The notes: generated from the sequence alone by a model not told the origin. Shown: positions 51,791 through 63,967, counted from the first letter of the whole stretch. The stretch: DNA of 63,971 nt, filler included, from Octopus bimaculoides (GCF_001194135.2; 6 parts of 6 records of this genome joined end to end with filler, not necessarily neighbours in it), one strand, 5' to 3'. Translations and numbers: made by a program.

Positions 51791-53739
51791 GAAGCAAGAT
51801 TCCCGAGCGAATATATGATCACAATAACATATATAAATATATGAGTGTGTGCATGTAAATGTGTGTGATTGCATGCACACGCGTAATAAAACCTACACAC
51901 TTGTGTTCTAACGTGACATGCACACCCACAGCACGAGAGTAAGTTTATCCGCACATCCTCATAGCCACAAACCTTAAGAGCTGTCTTAACTTAAGCGAAA
52001 GAGCCCTGTCACTTTGTTAATGATCGGCTTGAATCCTGCACAGAATTCAAGACGAAATAATTTTTGTGATATGGTATCACTTAGACAGTACCTACTAAAC
52101 AACAGCTGCAAAAATACATACATTACATCAACCAACCAGGTGCTTAAAACTGAAGAGAACAACATCTTAACAAGTCGGAAGTGAACTCAAGAAGTACTCA
52201 CTTCTCCATGACGTACCATGCGACCCCAAAACTGCTGGATTAGCCTACCTCAACGAAAAATTTAGAGGTGAAACACTTTGCATAACAAAACAAAGGAATG
52301 TTTTACGTGAACTTGAGAATGAAGCTAGTATTAACAGGAAGTGTTATCTTCTCTCTTGACCTTGGGAACTTTACATTACGTCACAATTTTGAAGGTCATG
52401 CTTTTGCTTTCTAAGAGCAGGAGATAGTTACAAAATACCTAACGAATAAAAGGGACAACCCCAAGATACAACCAAAAATGCCGATTGTGCCAATTTCTTT
52501 AGGCGGTATTACACATGATTAACAGTTGCCAATGCAATATGATACTGTTGTTAAAACAAAATACAATGCTATCCGTAGAAAAGTCTCCTTCGAGATAGAG
52601 AAAGTATTTCTGTTGTTGAATACATACGTTTAAGCAAAAGGAATATTGGTCTAACACTCTTATAACAAACAACTGCTATTAAATGCAAACAGTTCAGGCC
52701 TGATATAATCGTTTAGAATAGCAAAACAAAAAGAAACAACTATGTAATTATTAAGTTCAGATGTCCTGCTGATGTGACCATTTCTTTCAAAATTAGCTAG
52801 AAAAATAACGTTTACGGAGGACTTCTTCAGAGCCTATAATTTCTTTACATGGATCATAAATTTACATTTGTACCTATGATTATATCTGCACTTGGCTATG
52901 GTAATAAACGTCTAAGCGACAATCCCGAAAATCTGGGTGTTTCGAGAAAAATGAAAATCACCAGCTAACAGAAACACACACAAACACACACATTTTGCAA
53001 ATACAACCTGTAAGCAAAACAGTAAAAATATATAACTGTTGTCGTTAATTCTCAACGACGGGATATATTTCTTTGTTGGAAACCAACACCTTCTTTATAG
53101 CAAGAATTCAAACAATTAAAAACGAAACACAACTTTCACACACATTCACACATATACACATATGTACATATCAACATCATCGTCGTTTTGACGTCTACTT
53201 TTCTATGCTTGCATGGGTCAGACGGAATTTGTTGAGGCAAGATCTTCTATAACCGGATGCCCATCATGTCGCCGACCCTTAATTGTTTCCAAGCAGGATA
53301 ATATTTCCCAATAACCAGAACCGTGGAAATGGATGACATGCATTTACAGCAATCACGCAATATCAAAACAAGATTTCAGTTGGTCAGGACGACAGTAGAA
53401 GACGCTTGCGCAAGGTGCCATACAGTGTGACTGAACCCGAAACCATGTGGCCGGGAAGCAAATTTCTCAACGACACTGTCACGCCTATGGATACATAGAT
53501 AGGTAGGTAGGTATGTAGGTAGGTGGATAGATGGATGGATGAATAGATAGTTGTTAAGGTGTCAGAATAGAATGTCTTGCAGTATTCGTTCGGGCTTTCT
53601 GAGATCAAATTTTATCGAGGTCAATGTTACTTTTTCATCCCCCACCCGGGGCTGATGAAATAAAGTACCAGTCCAGTACTGGCTTCATTTCTTTCTCTCT
53701 TTTTTCTTCTGTTCACACACACACACACACAGACTCCCT

Positions 53740-53797
<58 letters not shown>

Positions 53798-53897
53798 NNN
53801 NNNNNNNNNNNNNNNNNNNNNNNNNNNNNNNNNNNNNNNNNTTAATTAATTAANNNNNNNNNNNNNNNNNNNNNNNNNNNNNNNNNNNNNNNNNNNN
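53798..53897. other. Assembly join spacer
   Basis: 44 N + TTAATTAATTAA + 44 N. Confidence 0.95.
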
Positions 53898-54105
53898 TTA
53901 AACTAAAAATAATGCACTAGTGTGTGTTTAAAGATTTTGTAGGTGTTTTAATTTAGGTTTACAAATTTAGATAACATATGTCAATCGTAATCAATCTATG
54001 ATATCTTTTAACATATGAGGAAGTAAATGTCATATGTTTCTAGAACTATTTGAGCAACTAATGTATTACGAGTTAATTTGATAGCGTTTTGTAAATAAGT
54101 GATTG

Positions 54106-55560
54106 TTATTTAAACGCTGTAAACACGTGTTGCTGCCAATGTTTACATCTGTAAGAATTTTCGATGAACGTGTTCACCAGTTTATTCTTTGAAAATAATA
54201 TGAAAAATAGCTCAGTATTACATAAAGAACAGAATCTACCACCCTTTTCATATGTCCTAGAAATAGAAAGAATAAGCCAGTCTAGTTTAAATTTTATGTT
54301 ATTGTCTTTAAATTCCCAAATTAATTTATTAAGGCTCGTGGTATTTCGTTTGTTTCTATCTCTAAAGGAAGAATAATGATTAGAGATTCTTGAGGATATT
54401 GGTGAAGAGGAAGATCCAATATAAAAGGAAACATTTGTAGGAGTACTGACCTGGCATTGATATATAGTGTTTTTGAGTTTGGCATTATCACTTAAGAAAC
54501 TAATTCTTTTGCTATTAACTTCAAAAATAATGATTTTGTTGTTGTGACTATTATCATTATATATCATGTTATAATTATTGTTCCTTGGTTTATTATTAGT
54601 GTTATTGTTGCAATTATGGTAAAGGTTTATAATGTCTGACTTAATGTTATTACTGTTGGTACTCTCTTGTGAATGTAAAAGCCTCATATTGTGTGCGGAT
54701 ATTATTTGTGAGATGTTTTTCGTGTTAGAGAAACCGAATCTAACCCTGTGCGTATTTATTACTGGGAAGTAATGAGAATGTTTTGGAAAATTCTTATTAA
54801 CAGCATTCTGGAACTGGGAAACCAAGCTTGATTTTACATTTTTACTAAAAGGTATTATCATCCAGACATTTTTATTGGATTCTGGTTTAGAATATTAGCT
54901 ATTATTATTTCTAAATAGTTTCAGTTTATTATTGTTATTATTGAAAAAGGGTTTAAACTGACGGTTACTTCCCCTATAGTGTAAAGAAATGTTTGGCTGG
55001 TTATTATCGTCAAAAGTTATATGATGATAATGATAATTGTATTTATTATTGCTGTTAATATTAAAATCTATATTATTATTATTATTATTACGGGAATCGG
55101 TTTCATAAGTAGAATTAATATAGCTAACTTTTTCTCTATATCCTGCTTTTAATAAAGCAGAGTTGTAAAAGTCAGCTTCCTTATTGAAGATATTTTCGTT
55201 TGTGGATAAATTGGATAGTCTAAGTGGAATGTTCCTAACTAAATTTCTTGTTACCGAATTTGAATGATTACTGAATTTGCTAATGTATTTAAGGTTAGTG
55301 GAGGGTTTATGATAGGGGAAGAAGGTTTTTGTGTGTAGGTCTAGAGTGACATCAAGGAAGTTGGCTATAGATGTTTTATCTTCAAATATTATACTAAAGC
55401 CCATTTTACTGAAAAATCTAGCTAGTCTATTTTTAACTTTTTGTATTTTTTGGTTTGTGGTATTATCTAAATATAGTAGACAGTCGTCTCTGTATAGACC
55501 ACCCTTAACATTTGGGAATTGGTCTTCTAATTCATATAGAATGCATGTGCAGACCAAGTC
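54106..55560 (-). mobile_element. Penelope-like retroelement: 5'-truncated RT plus C-terminal GIY-YIG endonuclease
   Basis: GGLYRDDCL, NFLDVTLDL, PYHKP...SNH, ALLKAGY; then TIYQCQV...FYIGSS...RISNH and GGRFCSLC. The two listed ORFs are in one frame, split by a single TAA at 54895-54897. Confidence 0.9.
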
Positions 55561-55563
55561 AGC

Positions 55564-55594
<31 letters not shown>

Positions 55595-55951
55595 ACGTGT
55601 ACGTAGGTGTGTATATATGCGCATACACATAAGTATAAATGATTATATACATTCATCTCAGTATTTTTGTAGAAACACAAGATTAACACCCTTTACGATC
55701 CCTTTTTATTACATAATATTCCTCTCCAATTTTTATCGAATTTATATCATCCTATTTTCTTCCAACTCTACACTCTGAATTTTCTTTCTTCTTTTCTTTT
55801 CTTTTCTTCTTTTCTTCCCTTCTTGTCCAACGTACTATCTGGTAGCGTCCTAATCTCCAACGGTCTTTTCAAATAAATTACGTTATAACCTTCTCCAACT
55901 ATAGTTCTCATATTCGGTTATAATGTCTTACGTTTAAGCTAGTTCCCATAC

Positions 55952-56039
55952 ATTTCCCTGATGAGAAGTTTACATTTTTAACATCGCCGATTCCTATGGA
56001 TCGCATAAATTGTAATTCTTCGAAACATATGTCGGAAAT
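55952..56039 (+). ncRNA. Canonical type I hammerhead ribozyme, palindromic stem III
   Basis: AUUUCC-CUGAUGA-GAAG...CUUC-GAA-ACAUAUGU-C-GGAAAU; all core positions conserved; predicted cleavage after C56033 (GUC). Confidence 0.88.
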
Positions 56040-57110
56040 TAAAGTATGCAGTTAAAATATGCATTTTACTCCATTCATTAAATTTATATATATATATATA
56101 TATAATATATATATANNNNNNNNNNNNNNNNNNNNNNNNNNNNNNNNNNNNNNNNNNNNNNNNNNNNNNNNNNNNNNNNNNNNNNNNNNNNNNNNNNNNN
56201 NNNNNNNNNNNNNNNNNNNNNNNNNNNNNNNNNNNNNNNNNNNNNNNNNNNNNNNNNNNNNNNNNNNNNNNNNNNNNNNNNNNNNNNNNNNNNNNNNNNN
56301 NNNNNNNNNNNNNNNNNNNNNNNNNNNNNNNNNNNNNNNNNNNNNNNNNNNNNNNNNNNNNNNNNNNNNNNNNNNNNNNNNNNNNNNNNNNNNNNNNNNN
56401 NNNNNNNNNNNNNNNNNNNNNNNNNNNNNNNNNNNNNNNNNNNNNNNNNNNNNNNNNNNNNNNNNNNNNNNNNNNNNNNNNNNNNNNNNNNNNNNNNNNN
56501 NNNNNNNNNNNNNNNNNNNNNNNNNNNNNNNNNNNNNNNNNNNNNNNNNNNNNNNNNNNNNNNNNNNNNNNNNNNNNNNNNNNNNNNNNNNNNNNNNNNN
56601 NNNNNNNNNNNNNNNNNNNNNNNNNNNNNNNNNNNNNNNNNNNNNNNNNNNNNNNNNNNNNNNNNNNNNNNNNNNNNNNNNNNNNNNNNNNNNNNNNNNN
56701 NNNNNNNNNNNNNNNNNNNNNNNNNNNNNNNNNNNNNNNNNNNNNNNNNNNNNNNNNNNNNNNNNNNNNNNNNNNNNNNNNNNNNNNNNNNNNNNNNNNN
56801 NNNNNNNNNNNNNNNNNNNNNNNNNNNNNNNNNNNNNNNNNNNNNNNNNNNNNNNNNNNNNNNNNNNNNNNNNNNNNNNNNNNNNNNNTGTAGAGTTCAG
56901 AATAAAACAGTCCAGAATGAATAAATCCAGAATGAAAGAAGGTAGAATCCAAAAGTTCGTGTTTGATGAGTAGAGACAGGATTAGCTGGTGCGACCACGT
57001 GAGCGTGTATTATATATGGGAGAATTTACGAAAAAAACAACAACAGACGAGGACAGGTGGTGTAAACAACAAAAGGATGTATTAGTTTAACGCTCGGGAA
57101 TAGAGAAAGT

Positions 57111-57145
57111 CTTTAACGTTTCGAGCTACGCTCTTCAACAGAAAG
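57111..57145 (-). ncRNA. 35-nt minimal hammerhead variant
   Basis: CUUU-CUGUUGA-a-GAGC(gua)GCUC-GAA-ACGU-U-AAAG; A6 replaced by U. Confidence 0.55.
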
Positions 57146-57408
57146 AATAAGGAGAAAAACATGGAGAAAAAAAATTTGAATGTTGTGGTCAGCGATCTAT
57201 CATTGCAACTGCCGGACAGAAAATTCACAAAGGAGAGCTAAGAAAAAGGGGAGATAACAAAAGGGGAAAGAAACGGTGACCCAAATACGAGAAGCTGTGT
57301 GTGTGTGTGTGAGAGAGAATGCTGGTGATCATAATGTATGTATGCGTGTATGTAGGTGTGTATGTAGGTGTGAAAAAATGGGGAAGTGAGAAAGGAGTTG
57401 GTCAGTGC

Positions 57409-57508
57409 NNNNNNNNNNNNNNNNNNNNNNNNNNNNNNNNNNNNNNNNNNNNTTAATTAATTAANNNNNNNNNNNNNNNNNNNNNNNNNNNNNNNNNNNN
57501 NNNNNNNN
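57409..57508. other. Assembly join spacer
   Basis: 44 N + TTAATTAATTAA + 44 N. Confidence 0.95.
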
Positions 57509-57550
57509 TTTGAGAATCATACAATACTATCAAAGCAGTAGATAACTTAT

Positions 57551-57931
57551 CGTGGCACTCCGTCGGTTGCGACGACGAGGGTTCCATTTGATCCGATCAA
57601 CGGATCAGTCTGCTCGTGAAATAGACGTACATGTGGCTGAGCACTCCACAGACACGTGTACCCTTAACGTAGTTCTCGGGGAGATTCAGTGTGACACAGA
57701 GTGTGACAAGGCTGACCCTTTGAATTACAGGCACAACAGAAACACGAAGAAAGAATGAGAGAAAGTTGTGGTGGAAGAGTACAGCAGGGTTCGCCACCAT
57801 CCCCTGCCGGAGCCTCGTGGGGCTTTAGATGTTTTCGCTCAATAAACACTCACAACGCCCGAAATCGAAACTCTGATCCTCCGTCGGCGAGTCCGCTGCC
57901 CCAACCACAGGGCCATTGCGGCTCCACCTTT
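57551..57931 (-). mobile_element. Family D SINE
   Basis: Reverse complement of the 47441 and 48610 copies; 9-bp TSD ataacttat (57542-57550, 57932-57940). Confidence 0.88.
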
Positions 57932-58889
57932 ATAACTTATATACATTGGGTGAATCGTTTGGGTGTGTACGTATGTTTGTGACATTAGTCTTGCCTATCA
58001 CACATCTGCACTTATGGATGTGTATCTCAATAACTTTCGATTCGTTTCGTTTTTAAACAAAACCCTTATCTCTTCCAGCTTCGGTTTCACTTTCCGAATA
58101 TTTAGGGAGTGTCTTGATAATTCCCTGGGCTTATCTTCTCGATGAAACGATTGTAGTAGGGGTTGTTTTAAGTTATTTATTGCTATGTTGAAGATAAACA
58201 GGAATGCATCACAAAAATGGACAATAAAGTTAATGATAACATTTATTTAATAGAAATTAAGAAAGATAGCTCTCTTTAATTAAAAACAAAATTAATTACT
58301 TCTACAAATACACGAATTGAAGGTATTTATATTTACCAGATACAAGCGGAATTTATTCTACATATTAAATATATATATATATAAGAAATTGTTGTATAAC
58401 AGTGCTCAAGTGCACTACATATATATATTCTTTTATTCTTTAATTCTTTAATTCTTTTATTCTTTTATTCTTTTACTGGTTTCATGCTGGAGCACCGCCT
58501 TTCAGTGTGTTGAGGTCTCCTTTTGGTACTATTTTTGGAGAAGAAGCGAGTTGGATGAAGTCGCTCTTGTTTGTGGCTCCTGTTGGGCTATAGAATAAGC
58601 TTGTTTATATTACTGTACACACACACATGTATATATATATACATACATGCATACACGTACACACACACATACGCACATATTTATATACATACATACACAC
58701 ACACACATATATATGTATATATGATTGAATGTATGTATACATATACATATATGTATGGATGCATACGCGCATGCATATATATCTGTGTGTTTGCGTGTTT
58801 GAGCGTGTACGCGCGTGTGTGTGTGTGTCTGTATGAATCTGGACGACGGAGACGCAATGACCGTTGCAGCATAATTTACCAGTTTTACG

Positions 58890-58923
<34 letters not shown>

Positions 58924-59613
58924 NNNNNNNNNNNNNNNNNNNNNNNNNNNNNNNNNNNNNNNNNNNNNNNNNNNNNNNNNNNNNNNNNNNNNNNNNNNNN
59001 NNNNNNNNNNNNNNNNNNNNNNNNNNNNNNNNNNNNNNNNNNNNNNNNNNNNNNNNNNNNNNNNNNNNNNNNNNNNNNNNNNNNNNNNNNNNNNNNNNNN
59101 NNNNNNNNNNNNNNNNNNNNNNNNNNNNNNNNNNNNNNNNNNNNNNNNNNNNNNNNNNNNNNNNNNNNNNNNNNNNNNNNNNNNNNNNNNNNNNNNNNNN
59201 NNNNNNNNNNNNNNNNNNNNNNNNNNNNNNNNNNNNNNNNNNNNNNNNNNNNNNNNNNNNNNNNNNNNNNNNNNNNNNNNNNNNNNNNNNNNNNNNNNNN
59301 NNNNNNNNNNNNNNNNNNNNNNNNNNNNNNNNNNNNNNNNNNNNNNNNNNNNNNNNNATGCACAGGAATAAAATAATAAAATGTGGCAGAGGAGGACGAA
59401 TGAGAAACATGCGGAAAACAGAGAAAACAAATTCAGGAAGTAGTCACATTCATACCTAAATCAGTTATCGATCCAAAATCACTGGAATTTTGACGCCTTA
59501 TCGGTTATATTGTTCACTTTGGTGGCGTCAAGAGCAAAACGCAGCTAGGGTGTAGCTAAGTAAACAAGAAGGACAGAATGAGATTAGTAAGATATATGTG
59601 TGCGTGTATATAT

Positions 59614-59850
<237 letters not shown>

Positions 59851-59874
59851 TAGACAGATAGATATAGATGTATA

Positions 59875-59923
<49 letters not shown>

Positions 59924-60159
59924 ATAGATATCCTTGATAATATGCAACATAAATATATGTTTACATTTTTGTATCTATATTTGTATACATATTGGTACGT
60001 ATGTACATATGTGTGTGTGTGTATGTGTGTGTGTATATATATAAATATGTATATATACATAAATATGTATATATACATATGTATATATATATATATGCAT
60101 ATATATAATTATTTGTATATGTATTATATGTATATAAATATGTATTTTTATATTTTTAT

Positions 60160-60350
60160 TCTTTTACATGTTTCAGTCATATAACTGCGGGCATGCTGGA
60201 GCACCACCTTTAGTTGACCCCCTTATTCTTCGTATGCCTAGTACTTAAGAATAAGTCCTGGGGTCGATTTGCTCGACTAAAGGCGGTGCCCCAGCATGGC
60301 CACAGTCAAATGACTCAAACAAGTAAAAGAGTACAAGAGTAAAAGAGAGA
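60160..60350. mobile_element. Two family B SINE 3' halves in directly adjacent inverted orientation
   Basis: cttttacatgtttcagtcat...gcatgctggagcaccacctttag versus ctaaaggcggtgccccagcatgg...atgactcaaacaagtaaaag. Confidence 0.8.
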
Positions 60351-60959
60351 GTAAGTACTGACGAGCAACAATTGAATTTCATCAATTCTTATTTATTAAT
60401 TCAATGCAAAGAGACACACAAGCAAGATGGTATGATTACAACCATATTCAACTTTTCCCTTTTTCTTCTTTACGTCCTTTTTCTTTATTTATTCTTCACC
60501 TTGATGAAACTCCTTGTTTCAGATCGGTTTTATTACCGACTTTACAAGACTTTACAAAACCTTTATAAGAGGTGTTGAAAGTGTCGTCCTTCATATTCAG
60601 TACATAAGTTGACTCTTCTACACATGTTTTGAAATACATCTTGGAGAGTCTGACGCAGGATGAAAAAAAATCTCTGCGGAGAGAACACCCTGTATAGTTT
60701 CGAAGTGTTCGTGGTATCATAGTGGGGATCTGACCAAAGACTTTGCAACTAAAAACTTCAGAAATAAAAAAAACTTTTCAAATATAAATATAGTGGAAGT
60801 ATACAAAAATAAACATTACTTTCCATCTTACAAAAATAAAACATTACGGAGATGTACTTGAATAGCAAGCGACCTGATCTGAGATCGTGTGATGGAAAGA
60901 AAACAATTGCAGCGTGGAAGGTGTTTATAAGCCATTTAAGAAACGCACAAAAACCGTTA

Positions 60960-61115
60960 GATTCGCTTCAACATTTAAATTTATTTTGCCAAAATATTTT
61001 CGTCGCTTTGAGACCGCGACCTGTTCACTGACTAAATCCCGTGCTAGTGAACAGGTCGCGGTCTCAAAGCGACGAAAATATTTTGGTAAATTAAATTTAA
61101 ATGTTGAAGCGAATC
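60960..61115. repeat. 70-bp-arm inverted repeat (fold-back/MITE core)
   Basis: Arms 60960-61029 and 61046-61115 match at 68 of 70 positions; 16-nt loop. Confidence 0.92.
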
Positions 61116-61360
61116 ACTGCATCGTACTAAAAATCCCAGTATTGCCGTCAGAATACATGACCAGACACTGCAACAGTTTGGGTTTCAAGGCTCCTCAGCT
61201 CTTCAATATCTTTTCAAAAAGCCTGAGAAACCTACATAGGGTGGATGTAGGCGTCTTCAACACAAAACTGGGTCCTCTCCTGTTAAGATTTCCAGATGAA
61301 CCTACGTCGAGGCAAGAAATACAGATAAACAACGTCGAACGCCCTCATTCACCAAAAGTC
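61116..61360 (+). mobile_element. CR1/L2-group LINE, extreme 3' ORF2 fragment
   Basis: CNSLGFKAPQLFNIFSKSLRNLH...FNTKL..LL..PDEP fits the FNxLPxxLR...FKxxLD C-terminal pattern. Confidence 0.65.
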
Positions 61361-61765
61361 ACAATCCAGATGAGGTTTAGTGAAAGTGTAGCATTGCAAA
61401 AGGCGGTGCCCCAGCCGTTAGGGTAGCTAAAGTGGGGCGGAGAGGGCGGTCCTCCCCAGGTGGTACTTTTATGGGGGGAGGGGCACCACTTTTGGATCTA
61501 CTGTAGGCAATATGTATTTTTAGTGGGGGCTCGGAGGGAGCAAAATGAAGGGCCGCTCCGGATGGCACACACTCTAGCTACGCTAGTGACCCAAGTATGG
61601 CTGCAGACCCGGGATGAAATTAGAAAAAGAAAAAAAACGAGAAAAGACATATATATATATATTATATTATATATCATACGTGTGCGTGCGTGCGTGCGTG
61701 TGTGTGTGTTTGTGTCTGTGTGTGCGCGCACGTATGTGTGAGTGTGTGTGCATACGCACATACGC

Positions 61766-61821
<56 letters not shown>

Positions 61822-62510
61822 CCGTTTTCTCTATGAAAAGAAAAGTCTCGAATTTTTTCCATCCGATCCTCGAGCAAGTGGCGATATGATACTTGGAATT
61901 TTCTGAGATAGACAGGTATCCTGTCTGTCGATGGTCTCTCTGAAACCCTTTGACCGGAGTTATTCACTCCCCGATATAAGAATACAACAATATCTAAAAA
62001 CACAGTTTTAAAATCAAATCACTTGCCACGGCCCAAATCGAGTCACCTGCGAGAGAAGTGCATCTACGGGAAAAATCCTACAGAAGAACTGGTTTTTCTA
62101 TAGAATTACTTCCATAAATGTTTTTAGATCTTGTAGAAAACTTATGAATGCAGAATTATATTATGTAAAAACTAGTACTCAGGGCATAAAACGATGATTT
62201 GTTAGAGTTCTTTGTCTCTCGAGGGTGGAATTTCACAAGACATTTGCGATAGAGTGGTCTTTATCTTTGGGTGTGGTTCACGAGACAAGATGTTAATGAA
62301 TTCATAATTGTATATATTGTGTAATGTACGTATTTAGATAAGTGGCTTTTGGTACTTAATGACATGGTGTATGAGGTTTGGTTAGATATCGTGTTCTCTG
62401 GTAGAAAAAATTAGATACTTTAGCTTTATGCTTTTTTTGTTCGTTCATTTATTTTATTTTTTTGTGTGTGTTCATGTATATATATGTATATATGTGTATG
62501 TGCGTGTTTG

Positions 62511-62547
<37 letters not shown>

Positions 62548-62596
62548 ATGTATATATGTATATAAATATATGTACATATACGTGTGCGTGTGTGTG

Positions 62597-62696
62597 NNNN
62601 NNNNNNNNNNNNNNNNNNNNNNNNNNNNNNNNNNNNNNNNTTAATTAATTAANNNNNNNNNNNNNNNNNNNNNNNNNNNNNNNNNNNNNNNNNNNN
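62597..62696. other. Assembly join spacer
   Basis: 44 N + TTAATTAATTAA + 44 N. Confidence 0.95.
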
Positions 62697-62800
62697 ACGC
62701 CAAATTCCGGAAACAATTCTGCAGAGAATAATTCACTGCAGTATATATTTCATGTAGACAATTTGCGTATAGTTCTGTAAATAATATTGATTCTAAAATG

Positions 62801-62869
62801 GTTGTACTGATGAGAACACAGACATTGTTATGTAAGTAAAAGTTAATGTTTGAAACCGCGGTACACAAC
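62801..62869 (+). ncRNA. Hammerhead ribozyme, tandem copy 1
   Basis: GUUGUa-CUGAUGA-GAAC...GUUU-GAA-ACCGCGGU-A-CACAAC; core intact, first stem I pair mismatched. Confidence 0.78.
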
Positions 62870-63322
62870 TAATTCTTTATTCTGTATATTTCTCATTTTG
62901 TCTTGTTCTGGTGTTTTGCGAAGTTTTTTCTGGAGAACATTATTTTTCTTTGTGGTCGGGTCGTTGATGACCTCTTTCTAGCATATTGGATGTCCACCTA
63001 CTGGTCATCCCTTATACTCGTGTAATACAATTTTTTCTGAATTTTCAGATTTTTTCATATGCTAGGCCACTTGGTTTTAAATTGAATTAATATTCAATTT
63101 ATCACCCTATATATATAAACAATAATTTAAATAGTTATGTTCTCTAGCCGGCAACATATACTGCAGAGAATTGTTCTCTGCAGAATTGATTCCGGAATTT
63201 GGCACGCCAGAGCTGAGGCATTTTGAAAAATAACCCCAATGTAATCGGTAGAACTGTATGCAAGTTTTATTTCATGAAAACAATTCGTGTATAGTTCTGC
63301 AAATTATATTGATTCCAGAACG

Positions 63323-63392
63323 GTTGTGCTGATAAGAACTCAGATGTTGTTATGTAAGTAAAACGTTAATGTTCGAAACCGCGGTACACAAC
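63323..63392 (+). ncRNA. Hammerhead ribozyme, tandem copy 2
   Basis: GUUGUG-CUGAUaA-GAAC...GUUC-GAA-ACCGCGGU-A-CACAAC; stems perfect, G8 replaced by A. Confidence 0.72.
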
Positions 63393-63552
63393 TAATTCTT
63401 TATTCTGTATATTTCTCATTTTGTATTGTTCTGGTGTTTTGCGGAATTTTCTCTGGAGAACATTATTTTTCTTTGTGGTTGGGTCATTGATGACCTCTTT
63501 ATAGCATATTGGATGTCCACCTATTGGTCATCCCTTATACACGTATATATCT

Positions 63553-63621
<69 letters not shown>

Positions 63622-63844
63622 CATATATATACATATATAAACATATGTATAATATATAGTTTTAGGGACAATAACCAATTTTCAAGAACTCATCGATGAA
63701 AATCCATTATCACATATAGANNNNNNNNNNTGTATAATATATAGTTTTAGGGACAATAACCAATTTTCAAGAACTCATCGATGAAAATCCATTATCACAT
63801 ATAGAAAAATTAATAATTAAAAGCACAATAAATGAGTATAATAC

Positions 63845-63967
63845 AAAGTAAAGTAAATATCATAAGATAAATATAATATAATATAATATAATATAATATA
63901 ATATATAATATTTATTATATTTATTATATATTATATTATATTTATCTTATGATATTTACTTTACTTT
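63845..63967. repeat. AT-rich near-perfect palindrome
   Basis: 29-bp perfect outer arms 63845-63873 and 63939-63967 around a self-complementary (TATATAATAA)-like core. Confidence 0.85.

Larger units (their letters stand above)
62745..63541 (+). repeat. Direct duplication of a ~270-bp pLTR-like unit (about 62745-63020 and 63265-63541)
   Basis: Near-identical blocks tttcatg...cgtatagttctg...gaaaccgcggtacacaactaattctttattctg...ggtcatcccttatac. Confidence 0.85.

Noticed and set aside
60360-60425. CUGACGA followed by a GCA/UGC stem
   Set aside because: No GAAA-stem III-NUH segment and no stem I.
60612-60652. gactct/agagtc stem enclosing aaacatgtgta (minus strand)
   Set aside because: The CUGANGA core is unrecognisable; at best a very old relic.
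60914-61426. 170-aa ORF as a host gene
   Set aside because: Chimera of a palindrome and a LINE 3' fragment.
61395-61590. Possible hAT-type MITE (ctagctacgctagtg end) interrupting a SINE
   Set aside because: Left TIR and TSD are too degenerate to support the call.
61902-61932. 10-bp hairpin gatagacagg/cctgtctgtc after ctga
   Set aside because: Lacks the full core and GAAA; unexplained small hairpin only.
63646-63805. 75-bp direct duplication around a 10-N gap
   Set aside because: Identical sequence on both sides of a small gap is a typical unmerged contig overlap.
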